DNA from: a virus | DNA: 44,142 bases | Direction: 5' to 3' (one strand) | Virus record (IMG/VR): IMGVR_UViG_3300009702_000004 | Span: 1-44,142 of that record | In this document: positions 19,861 to 29,382 of the stretch, piece after piece | How the letters are laid out: the number at the start of each line of letters is the position of its first letter | How positions within the stretch are numbered: the stretch's first letter is position 1 | Translations under genes and position numbers: made by a program | The notes under the pieces: model-generated | What the model was told of the DNA's origin: nothing | Database searches by the model: none | Seen by the model: the letters and a program-made list of their open reading frames with translations, nothing else

Positions 19861-20439
19861 CTAAACCCCTGCCTCATATAGACTTAGAGTCTCTGCGTGA
19901 CGCAGTATCAAACGCAGGGCCTCAACATAGTTGTGTGCCCGCGGATGATTGTCTGGATCGTCTCGATTCCAAGGTTGATCATAGACAATGGCCGCTCCTT
20001 TGAATGCCTTGACATTGTGCAGGCCATCGTCGAGCAATATATCAACCGGGGCGTCGTCCTTCTCTCTTCCCGGAATGAATTCATCACCATTTCGGGCTAT
20101 GTAGTGGCGCCGGAGACAGTCTATTTTCGCCTCGGCGATGATGGCTTCATCCGGGCCACCTGTGGGACCGCAAGAGGAAACGAAGACTGGTGTGTGGCCC
20201 ATATTTCTGAGAGCAGTCACAAAGTGTGATGCGAACCAGAAAGGACGAACCTCCTTATAGATGTCAGGAGTTAGAAAGTCATAGATCTTCTCTCCGCACG
20301 CTGGCACCGTATGCTGAGAAAACTTCCAGCTCGTAATGTCTTCCCTAATCAGGGCATCATGATACTTCTTGTTGTAGAGCCCTAACCAATGATCTACAAG
20401 ATTCAACAGAACATCGTCTACATCGAGTCCTACTCTCAT
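19861..20439 (-). CDS. HAD-family 5'(3')-deoxyribonucleotidase-like protein
   Basis: N-terminal DVDDVLLNL (DxDxV nucleophile motif), with FVSSCGP and ILLDDG motifs further on. Confidence 0.65.
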   Translation of the reverse strand: MRVGLDVDDVLLNLVDHWLGLYNKKYHDALIREDITSWKFSQHTVPACGEKIYDFLTPDIYKEVRPFWFASHFVTALRNMGHTPVFVSSCGPTGGPDEAIIAEAKIDCLRRHYIARNGDEFIPGREKDDAPVDILLDDGLHNVKAFKGAAIVYDQPWNRDDPDNHPRAHNYVEALRLILRHAETLSLYEAGV

Positions 20440-20777
20440 GCGCGGAGCCCTCCATGTCGAAATGGACGAGTCTTGTTGAATTCGATCTTCTCAAGAAACG
20501 CGGCTTCTAAGTCGATGCCTAGAGTATGACAGAAGTGCAGCAACCTGATGAACAAGTCGGCGCACTCAATGGGGATGCCTTCTGGCTTTCCATCTTTGTG
20601 ATAGACCAGCGCCGGGCTGCCCCACGGATCGAGTCTGCGATATTCCTCCATGATCTCACTGATCTCAGTCACCATCAGCATGAGCTTCTCAGGAATTTCG
20701 TCCTCTTTGAAACTCCACCCCTTTTCGGCATTTATCGCGCCGACCGCTTCCCCCATCTCAGATAGGCTCATCCTCAT
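20436..20777 (-). CDS. MazG-like nucleoside triphosphate pyrophosphohydrolase
   Basis: 113 aa, all-alpha, with an acidic EISEIMEEYR-type metal-binding helix. Confidence 0.55.
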   Translation of the reverse strand: MRMSLSEMGEAVGAINAEKGWSFKEDEIPEKLMLMVTEISEIMEEYRRLDPWGSPALVYHKDGKPEGIPIECADLFIRLLHFCHTLGIDLEAAFLEKIEFNKTRPFRHGGLRA

Positions 20778-21262
20778 TGTACCGGCCGATCATCAAAGTG
20801 TGAATAGCGCTCATCATTCACCATGTGGGTGAGGAACGCCAGACATGCTACCGCATGGTCGAGATGGCTGAGGCCAGAACCGCCGGATTCAACCGGATCA
20901 AGGTCTTCTCCCTCCAGCCATGCCGTCATGTGTCTCAGCAGAGCGCTCGCGGGCTCCGTCCACTTCATCCCACGGCGCCAATTGTTGGGCGCATACTTCG
21001 CCGCGCCATAGCCGAGAGCTCTTCCAGCCGCATAAAGCAGAGCTCTGGGGACCAACGCGAGGGGTGGCTTCTCCCGGTAGCTCTGAAACATCGAATTCTT
21101 TATGCCATGGCCGTCGATCTTCCCGGAGAAGTCCTCGACCTCTTCAGGAAGCTGTTTGACGTCGGCCATGATTTTCGCATCTTCCTTCATGGCTGCAAAG
21201 AGAGATAGCTGCTGATCGATCTCTCTCTTCTTGTCAAGTGAATCTGCAAATTCTCTCATCAT
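20774..21262 (-). CDS. All-alpha NTP-pyrophosphatase-like protein (dATP/dGTP diphosphohydrolase N-terminal-like)
   Basis: YGAAKYAPNNWRRG...ALLRHMTAWLEGED pattern recalled from that family. The start at 21262 overlaps the exonuclease stop. Confidence 0.4.
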   Translation of the reverse strand: MMREFADSLDKKREIDQQLSLFAAMKEDAKIMADVKQLPEEVEDFSGKIDGHGIKNSMFQSYREKPPLALVPRALLYAAGRALGYGAAKYAPNNWRRGMKWTEPASALLRHMTAWLEGEDLDPVESGGSGLSHLDHAVACLAFLTHMVNDERYSHFDDRPVQ

Positions 21263-22047
21263 CAGATTGTCACCTTTCGTTCCGTCTCCACAGGTGCCCA
21301 TAGTTTGATTTCCCCCGAATGGATGTTGTAGTCTTCAAAGCGGAGTATACGTGCGAGTTGGGCTTGTAACAACGCATCAGCCTCCGTCTTCTCCTTCTTC
21401 AGATACTGTTGGACTACCGCAGTCCACATGTTACTGGCGTTCGCCAAGATCCGCGGCGCCGTTACCTTTCCTACTCCCGGACAGCCGGGATAACCATCAC
21501 TCGTATCCCCGGTGAGGGTCTGGAGCATGTGGTAATAATCTGCGGTGGCCACATGCTGAGGAGGCGTGAGCTCTTCTTTCATGGTGTTATAGAGCGAAGT
21601 GGCGGGGATGGTCTTCATATCCTTGTCCACAGACACGATGTTCTTTTCGCCTTCTATGTTTGGATTGGTGGCTAACCATCCTAACACGTCGTCTCCCTCC
21701 AGCCGCGGGAAGTGTACAGTATCCCATTGCTCCGCAATGACGCTCAGGAGCGAGCTGTAACATATCGGTTTGCGCATGCCCAGCCGTCGGCGGTGTGCCT
21801 TGTATGCGGGATACATATCTACCCGCCAATTCCGCTGATTGGGATCGGACAGGGCGATGATGATCTTGTCTGCTTCCAATTCACGCTTGAGGCGAATCAT
21901 CAGAGAATTGAATGATGCGATGGCCATCCCTATATCTGAGTGCAAGGTCATAAGCTGGGGCTTGTTCTCCCAATGGATGACCTCCTCTACCCCGATGCTC
22001 TCTTGATAAGCATACAGGTCGCCGTCCACCAAGAGTATCCTACTCAT
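21262..22047 (-). CDS. 5'-3' exonuclease / flap endonuclease (T7 gp6 analogue)
   Basis: PIN-like ILLVDGDLYAY and H3TH LTGDTSDGYPGCPGVGKVTA. The ATG at 22047 overlaps the upstream stop (ATGAGTAG). Confidence 0.85.
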   Translation of the reverse strand: MSRILLVDGDLYAYQESIGVEEVIHWENKPQLMTLHSDIGMAIASFNSLMIRLKRELEADKIIIALSDPNQRNWRVDMYPAYKAHRRRLGMRKPICYSSLLSVIAEQWDTVHFPRLEGDDVLGWLATNPNIEGEKNIVSVDKDMKTIPATSLYNTMKEELTPPQHVATADYYHMLQTLTGDTSDGYPGCPGVGKVTAPRILANASNMWTAVVQQYLKKEKTEADALLQAQLARILRFEDYNIHSGEIKLWAPVETERKVTI

Positions 22048-22312
22048 CGAGGATCGTTCCCTGCGCGCCCACCGCATCTCGTGCTGCTTTGTCGGCAAGG
22101 AATGCAGCGGTAGCGGCCTTGCGGTAGCGTCTCCAAGCCCTGCCGCTGCGAACGTCTACGCCAGCTTCAATGAGCTTTCGACGCAGAGATCGCTTGGGGT
22201 TCCGCCACTTCGCATATTCGTTGTTCTGGTTGTGGCCCCGCGGTCCCTCCGGGTCTCGCCGGGGCGACCGGAGGAACAGAATCGTGTTCGTCAGCTCCTT
22301 TTTCTTAGGCAC
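22040..22312 (-). CDS. Hypothetical basic protein, 90 aa
   Basis: The GTG at 22312 overlaps the phosphoesterase stop. K/R-rich. Confidence 0.4.
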   Translation of the reverse strand: MPKKKELTNTILFLRSPRRDPEGPRGHNQNNEYAKWRNPKRSLRRKLIEAGVDVRSGRAWRRYRKAATAAFLADKAARDAVGAQGTILDE

Positions 22313-23282
22313 TATATTTCCTCCCTCTGAAGAGCGCCTTGCCGTCCTGAATGCGGACTGGCTCAGCATATCGAGTGCCTTCTTCCAGATCATGGGTGAA
22401 GAACCAGAAGCCATTCTGCCACGAGGGGTGACAGTCATATTCGGGGTTCAACGTACCCATGGTGGGACAAGTGAACCACTCCAGCTGCTCGACCACCGAC
22501 CGGCGGGTCCGCATATCAAACTTGTGTATGTGGCCAGAGATTCCCGAGACACCAAACTTCAGAAACGGATCTCCCTTTACGTCTCCATGATGGCCGTAGA
22601 ATCCCGGCGCTATTTCTGCGATGGTGCCTGTTGGATGCCACTTGATGGCCAGCCCTTCGAGGTCCAATAACACCGGCCACGTCAGCTCCCGCCTCACGCT
22701 GGTGAGATTGAAGAGGACTTGGCTGGTCTTCGCAGCACGCCACAGAGTACGACGGAGCCGCTCTTCATGGTTTCCCTCGAACTGTTGTATGTCGGCGGTG
22801 GGAGCCGCCAAGCGCAGCTTCTTGAGGAAGACCCGAGTGATATTGATCTCGTCCTCGAACGTCTCCTTGCGGTTTGGATCTTTCATGAAGTCACTCAGCG
22901 CGTAGGCATCCTGTTGGTCGCCCAAGTTGATGATACTTTGTGGCTGATGATCTTCGATGATCTGCAGCATGATGGCAACAGACTGTTCACACATGTAGGG
23001 GACGTGCATGTCGCCAAACACGAGCTGGGTATATGTCTTGTCATGTCCCTTCCAGGGCTCTGTCTGCACCGGAGGAAGAGCAATGTCCAGATCAAAGGGA
23101 CGCACATGGTCTGGTAACACTCCATCCCATATGGTCTGTTTGTTCCGTCTCTTCCACCGACGAAAGCCAGATCGAAGCTGTTCTTCATGGAGCCCATAAC
23201 GCCAAGCGATTAGCCGCCACGGCATCTGCTCCGATCTAAGCTTTTGAACATTCTCCATCATTGTGTCAGGATAGGTTTCCAT
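22305..23282 (-). CDS. Calcineurin-like metallophosphoesterase
   Basis: Motifs GDMHVPY, GDQQD, GNHE, GHHGD and GHIH occur in the canonical order. Confidence 0.8.
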   Translation of the reverse strand: METYPDTMMENVQKLRSEQMPWRLIAWRYGLHEEQLRSGFRRWKRRNKQTIWDGVLPDHVRPFDLDIALPPVQTEPWKGHDKTYTQLVFGDMHVPYMCEQSVAIMLQIIEDHQPQSIINLGDQQDAYALSDFMKDPNRKETFEDEINITRVFLKKLRLAAPTADIQQFEGNHEERLRRTLWRAAKTSQVLFNLTSVRRELTWPVLLDLEGLAIKWHPTGTIAEIAPGFYGHHGDVKGDPFLKFGVSGISGHIHKFDMRTRRSVVEQLEWFTCPTMGTLNPEYDCHPSWQNGFWFFTHDLEEGTRYAEPVRIQDGKALFRGRKYSA

Positions 23283-23421
23283 TTCTCTCCCTAATAGGTG
23301 TGTTGGGATAATTCATGTGTCTCCTCAAGTCACGAGCCAAGTGTTTGGATCGTAGGTCTTGGAGAAAATATGCTGCTGCAGCATATTCAGACACTGTACC
23401 AGAGATGTGTCGTGTGTTCAT
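23266..23421 (-). CDS. Possible small ORF, 51 aa
   Basis: ATG preceded by GAGGAG, in the 150-nt gap after the DNA polymerase gene. It contains a 21-nt palindrome and is below the track threshold. Confidence 0.3.
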   Translation of the reverse strand: MNTRHISGTVSEYAAAAYFLQDLRSKHLARDLRRHMNYPNTPIRERNGNLS

Positions 23422-23433
23422 TCTCTCCTCAAA

Positions 23434-25278
23434 TCAATGCGTTTCTGCCCAAGACTGGCCAACCTTGGCCTCGCCGGTAATGGGACAGCGTAAGTTGAAT
23501 TGTTCACCCGTAAGAGCAATGAGCTCTACTCCGCGGTGGACTAAGAAATCGGTCACTTCTGCATCTCTGCTTGCGATCTGAGTCTCGTCATGAGACCAAG
23601 ACAGCGGGGACCACCGGCCATCCCATCCGGGAGGACCAAACTTCTCCAGCAACTCCTCATATAGGGCGACGATCCAATACTTCACGAACACGGACCCGCT
23701 TCCCTGCAGAAGAGTATTGAGTGCTGAATGAGCAGAACGGCATGAGACCATCCTCCTATCGAGGAGCCTGAACCAGCCCTTCTTGGCTATGCGCTGCAGA
23801 TCATTGATCAGTTTGCCGATGCCTTTCATCCCTGCTTGAAACTTTGCCCGGCTCCGACGGCCGGTCTTCTCGTCGCCGCCAAGAATCTTGCCGAGCTTTG
23901 GATCGCCTGCGCCATAGATGAAAGCATACCACCATGTCTTGAATATGTCACGCTTATCGGTGAACCCTCCCGCCTTCATGCCAGCGGTGTGGGTGTCTCC
24001 CTCCTCGACGTAGCGAGCGAATTCTCCGCCATCGAAGCGTGCCGCATAGTGTGCCAGCATGACATTTTCCAAACCGGAGATGTCTATGCCGACCTGTCCC
24101 CATCCCGACGGCGGGCCGAACAGTGAACGGCACCGCGATCCATATTTAGGATCTTTGGAGGCGGATGGCACCTGTGACATGTTAGGACTGGAGTGTGTCG
24201 CTCGATGGGTGATGGTGCCAGACTGTTTCACCCGTCCATGTATGTGTCCGTCGGCGCCTACCATCTTCATCCATGAAGTCTTCCCGCCCTCTAGCATCGA
24301 TTTGATCTTCTTGATCTTCGCCCACTCAAGGAGAGGCTCGCGCTCCGGAAATTCCAGTGTCTTGATTATCGGTTCATCAAATTTCGGATTGCCTTTTTCG
24401 GTGAATACTGTAGGCTCCCACCCATACTTCCGGTTGAGGGCTGCGATAACATGTTGATCACTGCCCGGGTTGAAGTCTACCACCTTTATCTTGCAGTATT
24501 CGGCGCCTTTGGTAATGAGCCCATCTTTCCGATTCATGGTACGCTTCGGTATCAGATTCTTGCCGTTGCGCTGGACCGTCAATCGGCCGAAGGAGTCTCG
24601 CAATGCTTTCGCCACCGGCTCTAACTCTTGCTCCAATTCTATGCTCAACTGTTGAGCTTTCTTCACATCGAAGGGGAATCCATTGATCTGTTGATGATGC
24701 AGATACTCAGCCAATCGCATCTCCATGCGAGCCGCCGACTCGACGAACCCCACAGAGTAGATGTAGCGCCAGAGGTGGCATAGAACACCAACGTCACCCT
24801 CGCAATAAGTCTGCATCTCCTCATTCCACTCTTCCCATCCCCCTTCATATTCTATCTTGTGATACCCTAGTCGGTATCCCCACGCTTTCAGCGAGTGTGA
24901 TCCTATCAGGTTCCCCGGTAGCTTGCCCTTGCGAAACAGGCCGAAGTCCCGGTCCTTCTGGTCAGTGAAGCGATGTTCTGCCAACGTCTCCGAGTCCCAC
25001 TTAGCTTCCTTGCGGGGCTTCCATCCGTCGAGTTTCTCTAACACCGGATAGTCATAGCCGATGCCGTTGTGAGCCAGCAGGATGTCTGCCTCATCGAGGA
25101 CCGCGAAGCCCTCCCGGTAGTTGGGCCTCGTGGGGTCTGCGTCCGACGAGCCGCTGAAGAGCAGCTCCCCGGTCCATGCGTTCTTGATGACCAGCGAATG
25201 GATCTTCGTCACCTTTGCCAACAGCTCATCGGCTTCGATGTCGAAGGTATAGACCTTATTGGTCGTCTTCTTCATCAC
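23434..25278 (-). CDS. Family A DNA polymerase with 3'-5' exonuclease domain (T7 gp5-like)
   Basis: FDIEAD exonuclease motif, DISGLE (motif A), KTWWYAFIYGAG (motif B) and SHDE (motif C). Confidence 0.95.
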   Translation of the reverse strand: MMKKTTNKVYTFDIEADELLAKVTKIHSLVIKNAWTGELLFSGSSDADPTRPNYREGFAVLDEADILLAHNGIGYDYPVLEKLDGWKPRKEAKWDSETLAEHRFTDQKDRDFGLFRKGKLPGNLIGSHSLKAWGYRLGYHKIEYEGGWEEWNEEMQTYCEGDVGVLCHLWRYIYSVGFVESAARMEMRLAEYLHHQQINGFPFDVKKAQQLSIELEQELEPVAKALRDSFGRLTVQRNGKNLIPKRTMNRKDGLITKGAEYCKIKVVDFNPGSDQHVIAALNRKYGWEPTVFTEKGNPKFDEPIIKTLEFPEREPLLEWAKIKKIKSMLEGGKTSWMKMVGADGHIHGRVKQSGTITHRATHSSPNMSQVPSASKDPKYGSRCRSLFGPPSGWGQVGIDISGLENVMLAHYAARFDGGEFARYVEEGDTHTAGMKAGGFTDKRDIFKTWWYAFIYGAGDPKLGKILGGDEKTGRRSRAKFQAGMKGIGKLINDLQRIAKKGWFRLLDRRMVSCRSAHSALNTLLQGSGSVFVKYWIVALYEELLEKFGPPGWDGRWSPLSWSHDETQIASRDAEVTDFLVHRGVELIALTGEQFNLRCPITGEAKVGQSWAETH

Positions 25279-25630
25279 ATTCTTTCAGTGTTTCTATGTA
25301 GACCCGCTTCCTATTGAACCCCGGCAGTTCTATCGAAGGATAGAGGTCGAGGATTGTGATAGGAAAAAACTTAGTCCTGTGGGGGAGCCCCATCCGCATC
25401 TTGATATACTGGAACCAACCATCAGGATATTTCACTTCGATGCGGGCGACCTCTTTCTGCGCTATCATGGCAATGAGATTCATCCACAACCCTCTGCGCG
25501 AGGCGTCGTAATAAGCCTCCATTCTTGCGTTTGAAAACTCACAATTATCACCAATGAATTGTGTAGAGACCCACTGGTGAAACTCCAGCTTCACAGAATC
25601 GGTTTCTACGATGTTGTCGTCATTAGCCAT
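25256..25630 (-). CDS. Hypothetical protein, 124 aa
   Basis: Packed between the primase-helicase and polymerase genes. Confidence 0.55.
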   Translation of the reverse strand: MANDDNIVETDSVKLEFHQWVSTQFIGDNCEFSNARMEAYYDASRRGLWMNLIAMIAQKEVARIEVKYPDGWFQYIKMRMGLPHRTKFFPITILDLYPSIELPGFNRKRVYIETLKECDEEDDQ

Positions 25631-27297
25631 CAGTAATCCTCCTTCTTGGTCAGGTCGTCGAACGAGCCCGCCTCGCTGTCGACTACGACGGGCGGGGCGT
25701 CAAAGGAATCGAGACCCAGGTCCGCGAGCATACCAGATGCGTGATCGTATCTGATCTTGAAGGTCTTGCCGGTGGCTCGTCCTGTATACCGATCCTTGAG
25801 GCAGCGGATCGTGGAAGTTCGACGCTCGATGGGGTTTTCGGCCTGCTGGTCCCGCTCGATACCCCACGCATAATGCGCCCAAATGCCGATGCTGTGCGAG
25901 CCTCGCATATGACGCAACTGCACTCGCCCGCCTTCTTCGTGAGGCGTTCCTTCAGGACGTGAGAGATGAGACACGGCAATGATAACGCAATCCAGCTCCT
26001 TAACTAGCCCGCCCATCTCTGCAAGGATAGTGTCGAGCTCTTTCCGCTCGTCATGTGTCGCAGCAGCTAGGGCGGTGATGTGATCGAGAATGAATACCTT
26101 GACCCCGCCTTGGTGGACGAGGAACCGCATGCGTTCTTGTAGCACGGCCCACTCGTTTATGCCAAAGCTGTCATAAAGATACAGCTTACCGGGGCTATTC
26201 TTGAGTCTTTCGATGCCGAGAGCTCTCTGTTCTCCCGTCCAGTCTCCCTTGTCTGTCGGGATATGGAGAGGCTTGCCGACAAATTTTCCGGCGAGTCTTA
26301 TCCCCGTCTCCTGCGGCGCCTGTTCAAGAAAGAAGGTACCAACATTCACGCCATTGATCAGACAGTTCTGCACGATCTGTAGCATGAAGTCTGTCTTGCC
26401 TGACGCTGTTCCGCCGCCAACAAGATGAATCTCTCCCATCCTCAAGCCCAGACATAACTCGTCAAGGCTGTCGAATCCAGTTGCGAGGCCTTCCTCAGGC
26501 TCTCTATCGAAATCGATGTCGGCCAGAGTGATGATAGCGTCAGGTGTATACCGCTTGGCGTTGTAGATGCAGCCCCGGAATTCGCCGCGCAGCCCAGCCT
26601 TGAGCATGTCGCTGGCATCCTTCTCAGGAATCGAAGCAATCTTGGCCTTGTCGTGGCCAATGATCTCTGCTGCCACTTCGGCTGCCCTTTCTCCTTGCGC
26701 ATCGCTATCAAAGCAGACAACGATTTCCTCGAAGCGTCGAAATAATTCTCGATGCTTGCTGATGTATTTCTTGATCTGTGGCCCGGCTCCGCAACCGATA
26801 GACCATACCGGCCACGTATAGTCAAACATCTGATACGCGGCCAGAGCGTCTAGCTCTCCTTCCGTTATGATCAGCCGCTTGCCCGTGTCGCTCCGAACGC
26901 GAGACCCGAAGGGCACAGCGTCCGCGCTCTTTCCCTTCCAAGGAAACTCTTTGTCCCTTGTACGGAGATGCTGCGCGACCAGACGTTTGCTGCTATCATA
27001 ATAGGGATAGACCTGCACGGTTCCAAGCCGGGGATCTCTCGCCACTACCACGCCATAGTCCTGCATGGCTCGGGCGCTAATGCCTCTGCTCTGGAGTCCT
27101 TCGTCGGGAACATCGCCCTTTAGCGGTGTCCAATTCTGTTCCGTCTCTTTCCTCACTATCTCTTTGCCCCCCTCTCCGTCGGTATGATTGCCGCATGAGA
27201 AACAGAAGGTGTGACCATCGGAATAGACAGCACACGCATCATGGCTTCCACACTCATTGCATGGACCTTTGTAGAGAAAGCTGCTCTCACCCGCCAT
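25630..27297 (-). CDS. Bifunctional primase-helicase (T7 gp4-like)
   Basis: Zinc finger CNECGSHDACAV...CFSCG, a TOPRIM region, and a DnaB-type Walker A GGGTASGKT. Confidence 0.95.
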   Translation of the reverse strand: MAGESSFLYKGPCNECGSHDACAVYSDGHTFCFSCGNHTDGEGGKEIVRKETEQNWTPLKGDVPDEGLQSRGISARAMQDYGVVVARDPRLGTVQVYPYYDSSKRLVAQHLRTRDKEFPWKGKSADAVPFGSRVRSDTGKRLIITEGELDALAAYQMFDYTWPVWSIGCGAGPQIKKYISKHRELFRRFEEIVVCFDSDAQGERAAEVAAEIIGHDKAKIASIPEKDASDMLKAGLRGEFRGCIYNAKRYTPDAIITLADIDFDREPEEGLATGFDSLDELCLGLRMGEIHLVGGGTASGKTDFMLQIVQNCLINGVNVGTFFLEQAPQETGIRLAGKFVGKPLHIPTDKGDWTGEQRALGIERLKNSPGKLYLYDSFGINEWAVLQERMRFLVHQGGVKVFILDHITALAAATHDERKELDTILAEMGGLVKELDCVIIAVSHLSRPEGTPHEEGGRVQLRHMRGSHSIGIWAHYAWGIERDQQAENPIERRTSTIRCLKDRYTGRATGKTFKIRYDHASGMLADLGLDSFDAPPVVVDSEAGSFDDLTKKEDY

Positions 27298-27814
27298 AAT
27301 GCTGCTTCAACATGTTATTGAATTTCTTTGAGCTGAATGCTTCGCCCGGATCTGGCTTGCGTCCCTTCGACTGGACAGAGTGCCGCTGCCATGAATGTTC
27401 TGCTGGGTTCCCGGTGACATATCCATCTTTGACAAGATAGTCCATGACTGTCAACAGACCATCATATTGTCTCGCGGTATAGACACCTGCCTCTGGCATT
27501 TGTTGAATGACCGGCAACCACTGGTCCCATGTGAACACACCGGGGACTAGCAATTCCACTCCGACCGAAGTGAAGTTGGCGCCCTTGGCATGCCAGAAAA
27601 CATCCCGCGGTTCTCCATGCTTCACCACTTGTCCGCATGGAAGTATCGTAAAGTGTACGCTTCGCCCGATGTGTCGAAGGAATTCTGAGGCAGGCCGTAG
27701 CCTTCCTTCGTACCACAGATATTCTGCCATCGAGTGAACCGTCAAAACTCCTGTGTTCCTGCCAGTGCCATTAGATCGGAAAGGCAGCCCCTGCATGATC
27801 ACTGGAGTATCCAT
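27287..27814 (-). CDS. N-acetylmuramoyl-L-alanine amidase (T7 lysozyme gp3.5-like)
   Basis: Amidase_2/PGRP-like pattern (VHS..., WHAKGANFTSVGVELL, RHSV...KPDPG) in the syntenic position. Confidence 0.75.
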   Translation of the reverse strand: MDTPVIMQGLPFRSNGTGRNTGVLTVHSMAEYLWYEGRLRPASEFLRHIGRSVHFTILPCGQVVKHGEPRDVFWHAKGANFTSVGVELLVPGVFTWDQWLPVIQQMPEAGVYTARQYDGLLTVMDYLVKDGYVTGNPAEHSWQRHSVQSKGRKPDPGEAFSSKKFNNMLKQHYGG

Positions 27815-28053
27815 AAGATCCCCCTAACAAGAAACACGCTGCCGCCTGCTGCGAGCGTAGCCGTCATTCCGAGCAGCAGCAAGAACAGGAGGATAGCCCT
27901 GAAATAGTCGGCCCGGGTTGCCTTTGTGCTTTTGGACAGAAGAACGATCCCCGCCATGATTGGGAGCCTTCCTGCCAGACTGATGGAAAAATCCAAAAAC
28001 GCGAATCCCAAAAGCGTGAAAAATACGCCGAAGAAAAAATCGAGTGAAATCAA
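27799..28053 (-). CDS. Small 3-TM membrane protein (alternative holin candidate)
   Basis: 84 aa with three hydrophobic helices, directly upstream of the amidase gene. Confidence 0.5.
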   Translation of the reverse strand: MISLDFFFGVFFTLLGFAFLDFSISLAGRLPIMAGIVLLSKSTKATRADYFRAILLFLLLLGMTATLAAGGSVFLVRGILWILQ

Positions 28054-28451
28054 AATGTAACTCCTAGTTCTGCGAGGATGGCGAGGCTCTCTTTGAAAGG
28101 AGGTTCACCATACCAGTCTCTCGGGATGGAGCGGTTAGCCCAAAGAAAACCCTTGGTGTCCGCCCATCTCGCATACGATGTGTGGCTTCTCTTGTTGAGC
28201 CGGTTGGCGGCTCGACCAAAGACGAATCGGATCTCCAAGTTGGGATATTGCTCTTTGACCACACGCATCTTTCGACGATCCGTGCTGGTGAAATATCCCT
28301 TTGCCTCAATGACTATGCCATTCGGAAGCACATAGTCCGGCACATAGTGACATGCCAACGAGTAAGGAATGCGGACGGGTTCATATAATGCCTCGAACCC
28401 GCCCTCCTCTATCTCGATGTCAAGTCGTCGCTCTAGGCTTGATCGTGACAT
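28050..28451 (-). CDS. Endonuclease I (Holliday-junction resolvase, T7 gp3-like)
   Basis: The YVPDYVLPNGIVIEAKGYF motif corresponds to the T7 endonuclease I catalytic core. Confidence 0.85.
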   Translation of the reverse strand: MSRSSLERRLDIEIEEGGFEALYEPVRIPYSLACHYVPDYVLPNGIVIEAKGYFTSTDRRKMRVVKEQYPNLEIRFVFGRAANRLNKRSHTSYARWADTKGFLWANRSIPRDWYGEPPFKESLAILAELGVTF

Positions 28452-28459
28452 GATGGCGG

Positions 28460-28672
28460 CTACCGCCTTCCGTTGGGAAGCTGCGAATCGGGAGTCCGTT
28501 CTCGCTGTTGCTGCCGATGAAAAGGATAGCCGAGGGTCTCGACCAGCTTGTGAACGTCATGGACCCCTATGGAGCGGCCTGCACTTATCCGCTCTGCTCC
28601 GACCCACAACTCAAACCAGTCTCTTTCAAGGCCCACGTCAACGTAGATGATTGCTACGTCGTCACGATCCAT
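28460..28672 (-). CDS. Hypothetical protein, 70 aa
   Basis: Compact ORF with no recognisable motif. Confidence 0.45.
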   Translation of the reverse strand: MDRDDVAIIYVDVGLERDWFELWVGAERISAGRSIGVHDVHKLVETLGYPFHRQQQRERTPDSQLPNGRR

Positions 28673-29382
28673 TAGTAGTCGCCGTCGCGGCTGTCTCCGT
28701 CCGCATCATCATCTTCCATCACTGGTGGTGCAGCAGCCGGTGTGGCTGGTGACTCGAACGTATCTGCCGAGAAGTCGCCCTCGATGACATCGAAGCCCGC
28801 ATCCTCCGCGGTCTGTATGCCACCGCCAAAGCGTACCAGATTGGCGATCTGTACGCCGATCATACGCATTGACAGCCCGACTCCGCTCTGTACGTTGAAG
28901 TAGGGACGAACCTCAAGCGCGACCTTCAAGGTAGTGCCGCTGCCAGCGCCGAGCGCTCCAGTGACCCGCTTCCCTTCGGCGTCGAATACCGGAATATGAC
29001 GCTCCCACTTCTGCCCCTCTCGCGTCATGCCGGAGGCTATCGACTTGGGATTCATGTAGATCTTGCCGGTTTCCTTGCCGTCCTCGTCTTCCTCATAGTA
29101 GTATGGGGTGTTCTCGGAGGCGCGGACCTTTTTGCGTTCCCGGTCGTTCTTGGCGTTGTCTGAGAAATACATCACAGCCTCTTCAAGAAGACCGTCCAGC
29201 TCTTCCATTAGATTCTGCACCGGGATCTGTTGCGGGTCCAAGAATAGCTTCATTTTGAAGTCGCCATTCTTGTTGAATTCGTAGTCGGGAGTGTCGAGGT
29301 AGATATACTTCGCCACGCCAACAGGGGTGTTGATCTTGCGGACAAGGCCCGCATCCCGCATGGGGTCAGATCTTTTAGCCAT
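28672..29382 (-). CDS. T7 gp2.5-like single-stranded DNA-binding protein
   Basis: GSGTTLKVALEVRPY...VQIANLVRFGGG parallels gp2.5. The acidic C-terminal tail ends in an aromatic residue (DDDADGDSRDGDY). Confidence 0.8.
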   Translation of the reverse strand: MAKRSDPMRDAGLVRKINTPVGVAKYIYLDTPDYEFNKNGDFKMKLFLDPQQIPVQNLMEELDGLLEEAVMYFSDNAKNDRERKKVRASENTPYYYEEDEDGKETGKIYMNPKSIASGMTREGQKWERHIPVFDAEGKRVTGALGAGSGTTLKVALEVRPYFNVQSGVGLSMRMIGVQIANLVRFGGGIQTAEDAGFDVIEGDFSADTFESPATPAAAPPVMEDDDADGDSRDGDY

